Origin: Stegostoma tigrinum
Taxonomy: Eukaryota
Assembly: GCF_030684315.1 (NCBI RefSeq)
Contig: NC_081373.1
Location: 47,878,066 to 47,942,065, forward strand
Reading direction: 5' to 3'
DNA: 64,000 bases
The position numbers and the translations under genes are program-made. This document shows, one piece after another, positions 50,620 to 63,817 of the stretch (positions within the stretch are counted from its first letter, which is position 1; every line of letters starts with the position of its first letter). Below the pieces are notes generated by a model, which worked only from the letters and a program-made list of their open reading frames with translations, did no database searches and was not told where the DNA came from.

Positions 50620-53468
50620 GTGAGCGTTGATGCAGGTGAGGCAGTAGCAAGAGGTCGACCAGCTAGTGGGAAGGATTTTCCTGGGAAGGAACCAAGGGAT
50701 CGGTTAAAGTGTGTTTGCTTTAATGCAAGGAGTATCAGGAATAAAAGTGATGAACTTAGAGCATGGATCAGTACCTGGTGCTATGATGTTGTGGCCATAA
50801 CAGAGACATGGGTTTCTCATGGGCAGGAATGGTTGCTGGATCTTCCAGGGTTCAGAACATTTAAAAAGAATAGGGAGGGGGGAAAAAGAGGAGGGGGTGT
50901 AGCACTACTAATCAGAGAGGGTATCACAGCTACAGAAGCTTCCATTGTCGAGGAAGATCTGCCTACTGAGTCAGTATGGGTGGAAATTAGGAACAGCAAG
51001 AGAGTAGTCACCTCATTAGGGGTTTACTACAGGCCTCCCAATAGCAGCAGGGAGATTGAAGAAAGCATAGGTCGACAGATTTTGGAAAAGTGTGCACGCA
51101 GTAGGGTTGTTGTAATGGGTGACTTTAACTTTCCTAATATTGATTGGAACCTCCTTCGAGCAGAAGATTTGAATGGAGCTGTTTTTGTAAGGTGTGTTCA
51201 GGAGGGTTTCCTAATGCAGTACGTTGACAGGCCGACGAGGGGAGAGGCCATTCTAGACTTGGTGCTCGGAAACGAGCCGGGGCAGGTATCAGATCTTGTG
51301 GTGGGAGAGCATTTTGGTGATAGTGACCATAACTGCCTCACATTCTACATAGCTATGGAGAAGGAGAGGATTAGGCAAAATGGGAGGATATTTAATTGGG
51401 GAAGAGGAAAATATGATGCGATTAGACATGAGTTAGGAAGCATGGACTGGGAGCAGTTGTTCCATGGTAAGGGAACTATAGACATGTGGAGACTGTTTAA
51501 GGAACAGTTGTTGGGAGTGATGAGTAAATATGTCCCTCTGAGACAGGCAAGAAGGGGTAAGATAAAGGAACCTTGGATGACGAGAGCGGTGGAGCTTCTA
51601 GTGAAAAGGAAGAAGGTAGCTTACATAAGGTGGAGGAAGCTAGGGTCAAGTTCAGCTAGAAAGGATTACACGCAGGCAAGGAAGGAGCTCAAAAATGGTC
51701 TGAGGAGAGCCAGGAGGGGGCACGAGAAAGGCTTGGCAGAACGAATCAGGGAAAACACAAAGGCATTTTACACTTACGTGAGGAATAAGAGAATGATCAA
51801 AGAAAGAGTAGGGCCGATCAGGGATAGCATAGGGAGCTTGTGTGTGGAGCCTGAGGAGGTAGGGGAAGCCCTAAATGAGTTTTTTGCTTCTGTCTTTACG
51901 AAAGAAACGAACTTTGTAGTGAATGAAACCTTTGAAGAGCAGGTGTGCATGCTGGAATGGATAGAGATAGAGGAAGCTGATGTGCTGAAAATTTTGTCAA
52001 ACATTAAGATTGACAAGTCGCCAGGCCCGGACCAGATTTGTCCTCGGCTGCTTTGGGAAGCGAGAAATGCAATTGCTTTGCCACTTGCGAAGATCTTTGC
52101 ATCCTCGCTCTCCACTGGAGTCGTACCTGAGGACTGGAGAGAGGCAAATGTAATTCCTCTCTTCAAGAAAGGAAATAGGGAAATCCCTGGCAATTATAGA
52201 CCGGTAAGTCTCACGTCTGTCGTCTGCAAGGTGTTAGAAAGGATTCTGAGGGATAAGATTTATGACCATCTGGAAGAGCATGGCTTGATCAAATACAGTC
52301 AACACGGCTTTGTGAGGGGTAGGTCATGCCTTACAAACCTTATCGAGTTTTTTGAGGATGTGACTAGAAAGGTTGATGAGGGTCGAGCTGTGGATGTGGT
52401 GTATATGGACTTCAGTAAGGCATTTGATAAGGTTCCCCATGGTAGGCTCATTCAGAAGGTCAGGAGGAATGGGATACAGGGGAACTTAGCTGCTTGGATA
52501 CAGAATTGGCTGGCCAACAGAAGACAGCGAGTGGTAGTAGAAGGAAAATATTCTGCCTGGAAGTCAGTGGTGAGTGGGGTTCCACAGGGCTCTGTCCTTG
52601 GGCCTCTACTGTTTGTAGTTTTTATTAATGACTTGGATGAGGGGATTGAAGGATGGGTCAGCAAGTTTGCAGACGACACAAAGGTCGGAGGTGTCGTTGA
52701 CAGTGTAGAGGGCTGTTGTAGGCTGCAGCGGGACATTGACAGGATGCAGAGATGGGCTGAGAGGTGGCAGATGGAGTTCAACCTGGATAAATGCGAGGTG
52801 ATGCATTTTGGAAGGTCGAATTTGAAAGCTGAGTACAGGATTAAGGATAGGATTCTTGGCAGCGTGGAGGAACAGAGGGATCTTGGTGTGCAGATACATA
52901 GATCCCTTAAAATGGCCACCCAAGTGGACAGGGTTGTTAAGAAAGCATATGGTGTTTTGGCTTTCATTAACAGGGGGATTGAGTTTAAGAGTCGTGAGAT
53001 CTTGTTGCAGCTCTATAAAACTTTGGTTAGACGCACTTGGAATACTGCGTCCAGTTCTGGGCGCCCTATTATAGGAAAGATGTGGATGCTTTGGAGAGGG
53101 TTCAGAGGAGGTTTACGAGGATGCTGCCTGGACTGGAGGGCTTATCTTATGAAGAGAGGTTGACTGAGCTCGATCTCTTTTCATTGGAGAAAAGGAGGAG
53201 GAGAGGGGACCTAATTGAGGTATACAAGATAATGAGAGGCATAGATAGAGTTGATAGCCAGAGACTATTTCCCAGGGCAGAAATGGCTAGCACGAGGGGT
53301 CATAGTTTTAAGCTGGTTGGTGGAAAGTATAGAGGGGATGTCAGAGGTAGGTTCTTTCCGCAGAGAGTTGTGAGAGCATGGAATGCGTTGCCAGCAGCAG
53401 TTGTGGAAGCAAGGTCATTGGGGTCATTTAAGAGACTGCTGGACATGTATATGGTCACAGAAATTTGA
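50620..53468 (+). pseudogene. CR1 ORF2 (APE endonuclease plus reverse transcriptase) with a single 1-nt deletion near 53032
   Basis: NARSIRNK, AITETW, MGDFN, SDHN (APE); QHGF, DFSKAFD, GVPQGSVLGP, FADD (RT); 847-aa ORF continues in the 143-aa ORF (EYCVQFWAPY). Confidence 0.93.
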
Positions 53469-53562
53469 GGGTGCATACATGAGGATCAATGGTCGGCACA
53501 ACATTGTGGGCTGAAGGGCCTGTTCTGTGCTGTACTGTTCTATGTTCTATGTTCTATGTTCT
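50623..53562 (+). mobile_element. Young CR1 LINE, truncated just 5' of ORF2, with intact 3' UTR and (TTCTATG)n tail; antisense in a PCDH15 intron
   Basis: Tail gttctatgttctatgttctatgttct at about 53537-53562; possible 5-bp TSD aagtg (50618-50622 / 53563-53567); no ORF1 seen. Confidence 0.95.
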
Positions 53563-53879
53563 AAGTGTAAATTAAAGGAGGGTTTATTAGGTTGGGAATA
53601 TTAGAGACTGTGCAGGGAAAGACAATGAAGGTATTTGAAGAGATGAAAATTGAATGTGTTGGCAGAGCGAGAGCAGCAAAAACATCATAATGAATGGATG
53701 GCCAATAGATATTGGTTTGAATGTTGGAAAATTAGAAATAAGTATTTCCTGCAGGGTTTAGGTGACAGTACTGTCACTGTGAATGTACTCTTGTACTATT
53801 AACATGCTCAAACTTCTATCTTGTTTCTCATGTCATTTTTTCTTTCAGAATTTGCACAGCCTCCACAATCAAAGGGTGG

Positions 53880-55320
53880 CCCCACAAGACACATCCTCCA
53901 CCACCTCTGGGGGTAAAAACGCACTAATCCCTCAGAGGATACACCAGCAAGGCTGCCTCATGAACCTTCCAGCAACCCAGTTACTGACACATCAGGGGTG
54001 TATTTTAGCTGGAATAGTGTTACAAGCTACTGTTTCTGAGCATTTCGCCAACTTGTCTCTGCAGCGGGCTAAGGATAAAGATTGCCCGGCGTCATTGGCA
54101 CTTGGAGGATTCTTAACCCCACACAGGAGAAGACGCCTGGTGTCGGCAATTAGCAGCTTCATTTAAATGCACAAGAAGACACAGGAGCAGTGGGGAGGTC
54201 TGTTAGAAGCACTGGGTGAATTCCCTTGAATGTTGGAGGTACTATGCGGTCTCTAGCATGTCTGGCTGCCGCCACGGGCAGGTTGCCAGCTGACACTGAC
54301 AGCCAGGTCTAGCACTTTCAGGATCTACTGAATCTATATAGAGAACCTGCACTCCATTGATTCAGCCACTGGTGCTCCGCAATGACAGACCTTGATCTCA
54401 TTCCAGGTGCCCCTTTCTTACATGGAGGCAAGGCAGTGCGAGTAGACACACGAGTGGAGGAGGTATCACACACAGGTCCCCCTCAGAAGCCTCCTCTCAT
54501 GACACTCCAGAGGAGGCCAGCATCCCTACCTCCACTCTGCCTGTCACCCTCAGCCCTGTGGGAGTTCGGGCCTTGGAGGGTATATCTGCCCTTGGGCAGA
54601 ACGCACTCAGCATGTTTGATCTCTGTAGCTACAAACACTGAGCAAAACTCCAAGGTCAACAGGCTCCATAATAGACCAAACTCCACACTAGATGCACACA
54701 CTGGGACTACATCAAGGCAGAGTGGGATAGAAAGGAAAAATATGACCTTAGTTGTAAAAATGTTTTTAAATTTGTAAATAGATGCTCACTTTTCATTAAT
54801 CAGCTATCATACTGGCTACAATGATAAGAATGATACTACAAAGGAATCCTTTGTGCAGCAGAATGTTTTATGGTCTAAGGTTGGAAGTGTCTGATCACTT
54901 GATGACTGCTCAAAAGGGTGACAGCCTGTCTGACTTTGCGTCTGCACCTAATAGCAGAAACCAAAGAACTGGCGCAAGGGTGGGGGGAGGCAAGGCCAGA
55001 CAGAGATGCTGTGGGCATCCAAATAGACACAAAATGAGTGAGTAATAACAGAGCAAGTGAGATGCCCTGAGTTGACTGGTCCAAACCTTGAGTTGGGTGC
55101 CTGTCCCTGTGCCAAGCACACTGGCAGCAGCCTTATATGGAAAGGTGCTAGTGTGTTTCAAAGTACAGCACTGAAGTACAGAATACATTATGTATGTGGA
55201 TTGGAAATTGCCATGATGAATCAGTGAGGCTAGAACATGTCTAATGCCAACTTCCATGGATATTGGGGACTGTTGTCCAAGATGTAGGGTTGCAGGAGCC
55301 AAGCAGTGAGTTAGCATTGC
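53880..55320 (+). mobile_element. Probable decayed DNA-transposon (Harbinger-associated) region
   Basis: GC-richer island resembling 37950-39260 in character; no clean motif. Confidence 0.25.
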
Positions 55321-55619
55321 CAGGTAACCGTTTGTACTTTCATGTTATGAAATATCGGTGCCTAGATTCTATCTAGGGAAGAGGCAATGGGTAAATGTAC
55401 ATAAATGAGGCAAGATTAGATAACCATGAGATGTTAGTATATGCAAATGATTGCAAAAAGGTCTAATGCCACTCACTTGTGAGGTTCTGATCTCACCATT
55501 CAACACTTAGTTGGAAAATCGAACTTGTTGCTTTCAATGTACAATATCTCCTCGTTGCTGATCTCACTCTATTTTCCAAAATTTCTTGCTGATGGCCTTC
55601 TCATTCAAGGGGTGGGAAT

Positions 55620-56085
55620 GTTCTGCCAAAGATGTTGCTGGAATGGAAGGTTTGAGTTGTAATGGGAGGCCGCATAGGCTTGGATTTCTCTCACTGCAGC
55701 ATAGGAGGTTGAGGTGACCTTATAGAGGTTTATAAATTATGAGGGGTACAGATAAGGTGAAAGTCAGGTGTCTTTTCCCTCGGGTGGGGGATTTCAAGAT
55801 CAAGGGGCATATTTTTAATGTGACAATAGGAAGATTTTTAAAAAAGGGCACGGGACAATTACTTTACAAAGTGCGGCTCTTTACAAAGTGAATTTCTAGA
55901 CGGAGTGAAGGATTGACTTACACTTACAACGTTTAGAAGAGGTTTAGATATGTAGATGAATAACAAATGTTTGGAGGGATTTGGGCCAAGCACAGGCAGA
56001 CGGGACTGTTTTAATTTGGAATTATGGTTGGCATGGACTTGTTGGACCCAAGGGTCCGTTTCCATGTTGTGTGACTCTATGACTT
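55620..56085 (+). mobile_element. CR1 3' fragment
   Basis: gaggtgaccttatagaggtttataaattatgagggg...gactctatgact tail. Confidence 0.75.
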
Positions 56086-56419
56086 TATGGCTGTTAAGAA
56101 ATCAAGTCTGTAATGCAGCTACTGAAGTACAAGAGGTGCAATCTTCTTTCTAGTGAACCCTAGCAGTTTCTGTGGAAGGACAGCAAGCACTTGCATTTAT
56201 ATCATAGCACATCATCATGATGCCCCAAAGTGTTTTCTAATGAATTCATTGTAATGATTGTTATTATGCATCCTGTTTTTGTTATTAGCTATATCGCTCA
56301 TTATAAATTCCAACACATAGCAATGGAAATGATGAGTTCATTTCAACCATAATAGTTGTTATTGATAAGAGGAACATTGCTCAGAAAATCATGAAAACCT
56401 GGCACGAAGAAGAGTTACT

Positions 56420-57035
56420 CTGTTTGAACCTCTGTTTGCTCCTCGCTGATGCTGCCAGACCTGTTGAGTTCCTCCAACAATTTCTATTCAGATTCATGAA
56501 AACTCCATGTTTTTGTTGGAATTGCTACATATATCTTTCACATCTAATTAAGACAAACAAGCAGAACCTTAGTTTGACACAAACACAAAAATACCACAGA
56601 TGCTGCAAATTCAAAAGAAAAATGGAAAATTCTGGAAATACTCAGCATATCAGGGAGCATCTGTGGACAGAAAAACCAAAGACCAATCTTCCAAGGAATA
56701 GGAATCACTGTTGCATTGCTGTTCTGTTCCTACATTTTTGATGGAGTTCCACATTTCTGGTCTTTCCAGGCTTCCTTTTAACACAGGATTGTGTGTGAAT
56801 GTCTAGCCACTTTCACTTTTTACAGTATTACCTACTACATTCAAACAAACCCATGGCTGTAAACAAACCCATGTGGATCAGAACTGGAAAAGACACAACC
56901 GAAGTTAACAGACCGGATCATATAACTACCAAATGGAGTAGAACAACATCGCTCGATTGGAGGCTGCACTGATGATGTTGCCTGGTGATAAAACACTTGT
57001 ATGATAACTAGCCAGCTCAGCAAACAAGCTCACAA
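56420..57035. mobile_element. Cluster of Penelope-like terminal-repeat remnants
   Basis: gatgctgccagacctgttgagttcctcc (+), cagatgctgcaaattc...gagcatctgtgg (-), and CTGATGAtgttgcctggtgatAAAAc at about 56969-56994. Confidence 0.5.
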
Positions 57036-58944
57036 TGTATTCCTTCTCAGTATCGGGGACATTGGTTTAAGATACCAAGGAGTTATGGTATTGCTCTTCA
57101 TAAATATGAACTTCCTAGGCAATTCCTGCAGAGTCAGTTGTTTAGGATTATCTAAGGGATCTTTGGATGTATGACTATGTGGAGACTGGAAGATCCAGGT
57201 CAAAGTTTAAAGTCAGTGAGTTTTCATTACCAATCTATCCTGATGGAAGGTCATTGAATTGAAAAGCTAACTTTGAGCTGCATTTCCAAGGAGCTATGGT
57301 GACATCGAGGCTCTCCAAGCAGAATTTGTGTCCAGAAGTCTTGCCCAATTTAGAGCTGTTCTTAATTTCATTGAGGTCACGGGCTGGGGCTTCCAAGAAC
57401 TAGGTATGTGACATGGCTCCCTCATATGAGAAGGTCAAACCCAGCAACGCCATTTGAAGACCCCATTTTCACTGGTGAAAAAGCATAGTTAATATTGTCA
57501 ATGTTACAAATCTTTACAGAGATCTTAAGTGCCCTTGAAGGGCAAAAAAATGTTTGCAGACCTGTCAAGTTATTAAAATGTTCGAACAATTCATATTGAA
57601 AAGAAAAATGGCCTACCTGAGTCTGAGACTTGAAAAATATCTGTCCTTGCAATGTTAACAGCTGTTTGTGACATAACTCTTATGTGCATCATGCTTGAAT
57701 TTTTCACCCAGAAGCATAGTTCCATTGTCACACTCCTCACTCTGTGGCCATACAATAATACCATATCAAGTGCTCTCTCATTTCCAAAGCCATTGCAAGA
57801 CCTATCCAAGCATTTTCAGTTATGTTGAATTGAGTTGAGTAATCAAATTAGAAACAAGAGCTGATCTAAGTTGCTAAAAGCTTATATTTCCAATCACAGA
57901 AAAAAATTGTGTAAACTTGTGTTGATCAAATATATAATTTTAAAGGATCTATCAATTAAGTTTAATGAACACCTAAATTTTAGAAAACGAAAACAACATT
58001 AAAGTTGAATAGATTCTCTACTCCACAGAATTCTAAGTACTCATTTGTTGTCATAATATGGTACGTCAGCTAACAGAGCTGAGAAAGGTAACTCCCAATA
58101 AAACAATGGCACTGAAAATGTTTTTTTGACAGAAATGAAATTCATTTGATGCATTGATGTGCTTTGTGACAATTATTCAGTGACAATACATTCTTCATGC
58201 TGAATTTAATAAATTGAGTCTTTTGTTTCATTAGTTAATGTTAAATTGTTTAATTAATGAGTTCATTGTTTAATTAGTTAATTAGTTAAGAAAATTGTAA
58301 AATATGGACTTTTAGTCTGCAAGTGGTGTTGTCTGCAGCCCAGATGTTTAGAATGTTTTCAGTTCATATATTGTGATCTTAAAGAAGATCATTGTGTTAC
58401 ATTAATAAAGCTTCTCAGGTAGCAGGGTTGGACTTTCAATCACCCTTAGAATGGGTTTACATTAAAAGCCATGTACTAAGACGATGTGTCAAATTTCTTA
58501 TGCCTCCAAGACACAATGAAACTTTTAATGGGAAGCTGCAGGTTTGAGGGAGCCAGCAACTCATCCATTCTTCCAATTCATGCCCTATTAGATTCAGACA
58601 GCATCAACTCTTCAATGTTAATAATGGAAGAGCAACGAAAGAGCCTGGGGCATGTTTGAGCACGGCTGATGGGAATAGAGTGGACTCATCCTTCATTGTG
58701 ACTGCTGCCAAAAAGTTGTATATATCAGCAAATAGTCAAATTGATGCAGTGGCCTGAAGTTGCCATTGCTTGAGCAGAGCAGTGTGGAATGAGCATCTGG
58801 GCACACGCTAACTGAATGAACCAGCTGGCTGTCTGCCCTCCTGCCCACTCCTCACTAATAGTAAACCCAACCATAACTGTCATTCGCCTTTTTACAATTG
58901 TGCTCGTTCTCATGATCCTACGTCTAACCCAATCCTGTCACCAG

Positions 58945-59055
58945 CAATTGAAATAAAAACAAAGAGTGCTGGAGAAACTCAGCAGGTCAGACAGCATCTG
59001 TGGAGAGAGAAACAGAATGATTTTTTCAATCCTAATATGACTCTTCTTCAGAACA
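58945..59055 (-). mobile_element. Penelope-like terminal-repeat remnant
   Basis: gtgctggagaaactcagcaggtcagacagcatctgtggagag...tgactcttcttcagaac. Confidence 0.65.
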
Positions 59056-60160
59056 TCAGCATTGAATGCTGAACTCACCCCTGGATCAAGTAGGATCTTT
59101 GCTCTCAAAAACAGCATTGTGTTAGTAATGCTGACATGATACAGCATCTGGAACCAAAAATGGTTGGGACATCAAATTCCTGACCACAGATTTAAAATTT
59201 GGCTCAGGAGGACAAGTACTACTGTTTAATTGAATACCTACTAAAATAACACAATTTTAAGTTAATTTATAAGCATTTTTACAATAAGCACCCCTTTTTC
59301 AGTTTCTTGTATATTTTTAATATTTGATTTACTAATATTTAATTAGGATGATTTAATGATCTATAAGTTAAAAATTACATTTTTGTACTGTCCAACTTTG
59401 GGTGTCAAACTCACATAAGCTGTTGCTGTTCCAAGAACTCAGGTAACACTTTTGATGAAGGATCTGGGCCATCAGTATGAGTTCTTTTAAAAAATATCAA
59501 CAAAAAAGCATTTGATAGAAATAATTTTAATATAGAAAAAATGAAGTTGTCAGTGACAAGAAGGAATAAAGATTAAAAATGAAAATTGTGCATTGATTGG
59601 AGGGTACAATTTCAAGATTCCAGCAAGACAGCAAGAAGTGAGATGAGAAGAAACGGCTTTGTTCAGAGTTGGTAGAATTTGAATGGCGCAGCCTAGGAAC
59701 GTGGTGGAGGTGGATTCTATAGGAAGTTTGAAAAAAGAGTGGGATATATAATTGAAAGTGATGAATTTAGACGGCTACGGATATAGGGGTGATACAGACA
59801 CAATGGATCAAATGGTCTCCTTCCTTACTGTACCAGTCTGTGATTCTCTATAAGTTGTCTACTGTGATCTATTTCAAAATACATTTGAAATGTTTGGATC
59901 TGATAACTACTTTGGACGAGTGATCAAAACACCTGAAAGTTGCTCAGAGAGGATTTAATTTTGGAAGAACTGGAACATTTAAGCTATTTCAGTGTAAAAT
60001 AGATGAACTGAAAATCTGAAATTTCAATAGACATGAAGAGGAAGTGGACTGTCTACAGGAATGTAATTTTTCTGTCTGACAGTATTAAATGGTGAATCCA
60101 GAGCATGTAGAAATTAAAACATTCCACTTTCCCTCCAAATTAGCCATTTCTAGAATTTCA

Positions 60161-60477
60161 AAGAATCATAGAAGCAGGCCATTTGGCCCATCTAGTCCAC
60201 AGCGACCCTCTTAAGAGCATCTCACTCCCCCCACCCACCCTACTACTCCATCCCTGTACCACTGCATTCCCTGAACACAATGGGCAATTTAGCACGGTCA
60301 GTCCACCCAACCTGCACATCTTTGGACTGTGTGAGGAAGCCGGACCACCCGGATGAAATTCACGCAGACACAGGGGAGAATCTGCAAACTCCACACAGAT
60401 AGTTGCCCGAGGGTAGAATCGAACCCGGTCCCTGGTGCTGTGAGGCAGCAGTGCTAACTATTGAGTGACCATGCCAT
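60161..60477 (-). mobile_element. HE1-type SINE
   Basis: gaatcgaacccggtccctggtgctgtgaggcagcagtgctaac head (B box GGTTCGATTC on minus) plus core. Confidence 0.85.
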
Positions 60478-61289
60478 CCCGTTTCCAGGGTTTAATGTTT
60501 TTTTTTCAAAATGCGTGGTGAATTGCTGATGTGGGTCCATGCACTGAGATCTTGGCATTATGGTAGCGAGCAAAGCATTGTATTTCAGCAGCTTAAAAAG
60601 TTGCAACTAAATCAGGTTACAGTGGAATTAGTTAAACATGATTTTGTGAATATGGGTGGGAGAAAAACAGCTTGCTGCCTTCACATCAACTGAAAATGCT
60701 TTATGTTTTTCATGATTGTTTAAAAAGACTGAACAGAAGTTTTTTTAGAATGTGACATAATTTGTGAAGAATGAGGAAAAGACAAATCTCTACACAAATG
60801 AAGGAACAAAAAACATATCCAAAGTCCCTGACTCTCTTCGGTCCTCGTTGATCTTAAAAAAAAAGTCACACATAAGGATGAGCAGACTCTCACCATCAGT
60901 GGCTCAGGAAAGATGATCTCTCACTACCTATTTCATTTCTAATAAAATATCACAATGGGACACTTACCACAGTTTGTCAGTTTTAGGAGTTAGCAGTAGG
61001 AGAATCAAAGTGCGCATGCAGGAGAACCTTGAGGATAGGATCACAGGAGGAACATGAGGCAGTGGTATTTGGAGAGGCAGCAAGATACTGTCTGGGTAAC
61101 CATGTGTGCACTATCAGTGACTCCTGTAACTTCAAAGTTTTGGCAAAATTACTTCAATTCCATAGCCAAGGCAATGTAACTAGTGGGTAGAGTGACTGGC
61201 TAATCAATAGTCTATCTCGTGTGATAAGCAAGTTGCACTCAACAGTAGATTTTAAAAACTAAGCATTGAAATTGATAGGAACAATGTAC

Positions 61290-62660
61290 ATTTTAACAAA
61301 AGTGAAAAAATCTCAATGTGCTGCACAGGATTTGAATTTGACACCAATCAGAGTGAGGCACCAGGACAGATGATGTAAATTCTTGGTTAAAGCAGTATTT
61401 TAGGGGAGCGACTTCAAGCAGAGAGCGAAGTAAACAGCCAGAAAGGTTGCTTCTACCAGACCAGATCAGCAGGTCCTGTAGGTCCTGCTGTAAACAGATC
61501 CCTGGACAAGGAGAATTAGTAACTCCAAAGCTGGTAGCAGCTGCATTGTGATTAGTCTATAAAAGCAGTCCTGGGTTAGAGTTCAGATATGAGTGAATAG
61601 ACATCAGAGTGTCAGTGAATAAAGCTCAAAATCCCTGACAGACCAAGAGAAACTTTGAAACAGTACAGTTATCCAAGCTGGTAGAGCAAAACAAAAAAGT
61701 TAAAAATCACTTACAGTCACATCAAAATGAATCAGTTCCTTGAGGCACCACTATAGGAGCAGAAGTAAGGGGCCACGATAGAGATATGGCTCTAAGGTCA
61801 CAGAAACGGGGACATTGACAAACCAGTAATTAAAGTGAGAGGATTGGGAAGATTAAAAGCCTAAGCAAACCTGACAGAATGACAAAATAAAAATTTGAAA
61901 CTTATTCATACTACACCCTACAATAGGTGTTACCATATGACACAACCTACTTAAATTTGTTACATTTGGGATAGGGGCAACAGGTCTGGATCAGAGATGT
62001 GAATGGAAAGGCTATGGGAACCCAAGGATCTGGAGCCCAGCAGAGATTGTATGTTGGAGCTGGAAAGGCTGGAAATCTAATAAGGGTCAAGTTATGGACG
62101 AATATAAAACCAAAGGTAAGAAGTAGTAAAATTAAAGCATTGCTATACTGGAAGCTAAAATAAGACAGCAAGCACAGGATTGTGTGTGAATAGGATTTAA
62201 GGACGGTACATTGCTGGATAAGTAAAAGTTTAAGTAGGCTAGATGATGTGATGCCAACCAGGAAAATACTGATATAGTCTAGCAGCAATTTAGCTATAAG
62301 AAGGCTTCTGCAGCACATGAACTAAGGCAAGAACAGAATGAGGTGATATGCAAGAGGTTGAAGTAGGAAGTCTTCACAATGGAGAAGACGTCTGCTCAGT
62401 AGCTCATGATGAGGTCAAAAACAGTTTCCAGGACAGGAAAGGTCTGTTTTGATGTCAGACAATTGCCAGGGAAGAAAATGGAATCAGTGGCCAGAGAGAA
62501 AAGCTTATGGCAGGGACCGAATACAGTGAATTCTCAATGTTTAGCTGTCAGAAACTTTATCCCATCCAATACCAGGTGTGAGAAAAGCAGTCTGACAAAG
62601 CAGCAGTAGGAGAGTTAAGAAAGATAATGGTGAGATACAGCTGAGTGTTATCAGTTTTTG
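61290..62660 (-). mobile_element. Very old L2-type LINE remnants
   Basis: ctggaagctaaaataagacag...tgtgtgaataggatttaagg and gagatacagctgagtgttatcag (minus-strand ADNTQLY-like). Confidence 0.45.
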
Positions 62661-63239
62661 TGAAGAACAATGGTTTGATCTTTCAGGATCCTTATACTGG
62701 AGGTTGATTACTGGTATCTTTGGAGAAGATGTGAGTCAGACCAGTGGGCATGGGTTAAATTCTAATTCCAACTAAGGTTATCATGAAGGCCCCAACTCTT
62801 CAAGCTCATCCCACACCTCAGGTTAAACTCACTACTAATCAACTCCGTCTAATGAAAGAGCAGCTCAATGCTCCTCTGACGCTATGGTGATTTTCACTTT
62901 CTTTCTTCATTTTGACTGTTTGAAAATAAATCTCGAGAAGTTAGTACCAATGAATAACTAATTAGCCAGGCTTTTCCAATAGACAGGGAGTGATTTTCAG
63001 CAGCGTGGAAGGGAAATGCAAATCAGGCCCCTGAGGAACCCCCAGTGTAGCAGACTCCAAAAGGAATCACCCAGGAAACTGAAGATTCCAGTGGGAAATT
63101 GTTCAATGCCTGAAACCCTTTGAAAGTCTCCAATTGATTCAGAGAATTTTAAGCATTCTGGTGCAAACAATTAAGTAGTTACACAGGAAAAGTTAGACAA
63201 TTAAAATCTAGTGTAGCTCCAGAGTTGTCATTAAACTGA

Positions 63240-63660
63240 CCCTCTCCCCTCAACTTACCATAGACACCCGCTAGCTACATCACCCCCAGGCTCCTTCTTA
63301 CCAGAGAGCCCTGACCCAGCACCCTCTCCCCACCACCACCTCAGCTGGGACCTACAACCACCTCCTCTGTGGCTTGCCAACATCCAACCATTGTCCATTA
63401 CTAGACCTGAATCCAACAACTCTGTGCCTTCCCCCCCACCGCTACGCCATTGGCACCTGACACCCACGTAACTCCCCAACCACTGAGCCCAAATTCCTGC
63501 CACTATGTCGGACTCCAACACCCAGCATATTCTTTATTGCCATGAAACAAATCCCACCAACATTCCCCCCCCCCCACCACCAGACCTCATAACCCCTGCC
63601 CATCGTTAACACTGCATCACTCACCTAGACCCTTTTTCCCACACTGTGCACTGAAAACCT
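63240..63660. repeat. C-rich low-complexity tract
   Basis: Many ccc/cacc runs on plus (G-runs on minus); no clear period. Confidence 0.5.
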
Positions 63661-63817
63661 ACCCATCTGGTAAACCTTACCTCCTGGCATCCTAACCTCA
63701 CACTTACCTTACTTTCCAGGCAAGGACAAAGTGGCTGTCTGAAATGGACATCTAAATTGTAGAATAGGGCAACTGACCACTGTTGGAAAAGCAAGTCTTC
63801 CCCCAACTTCATGGGAA

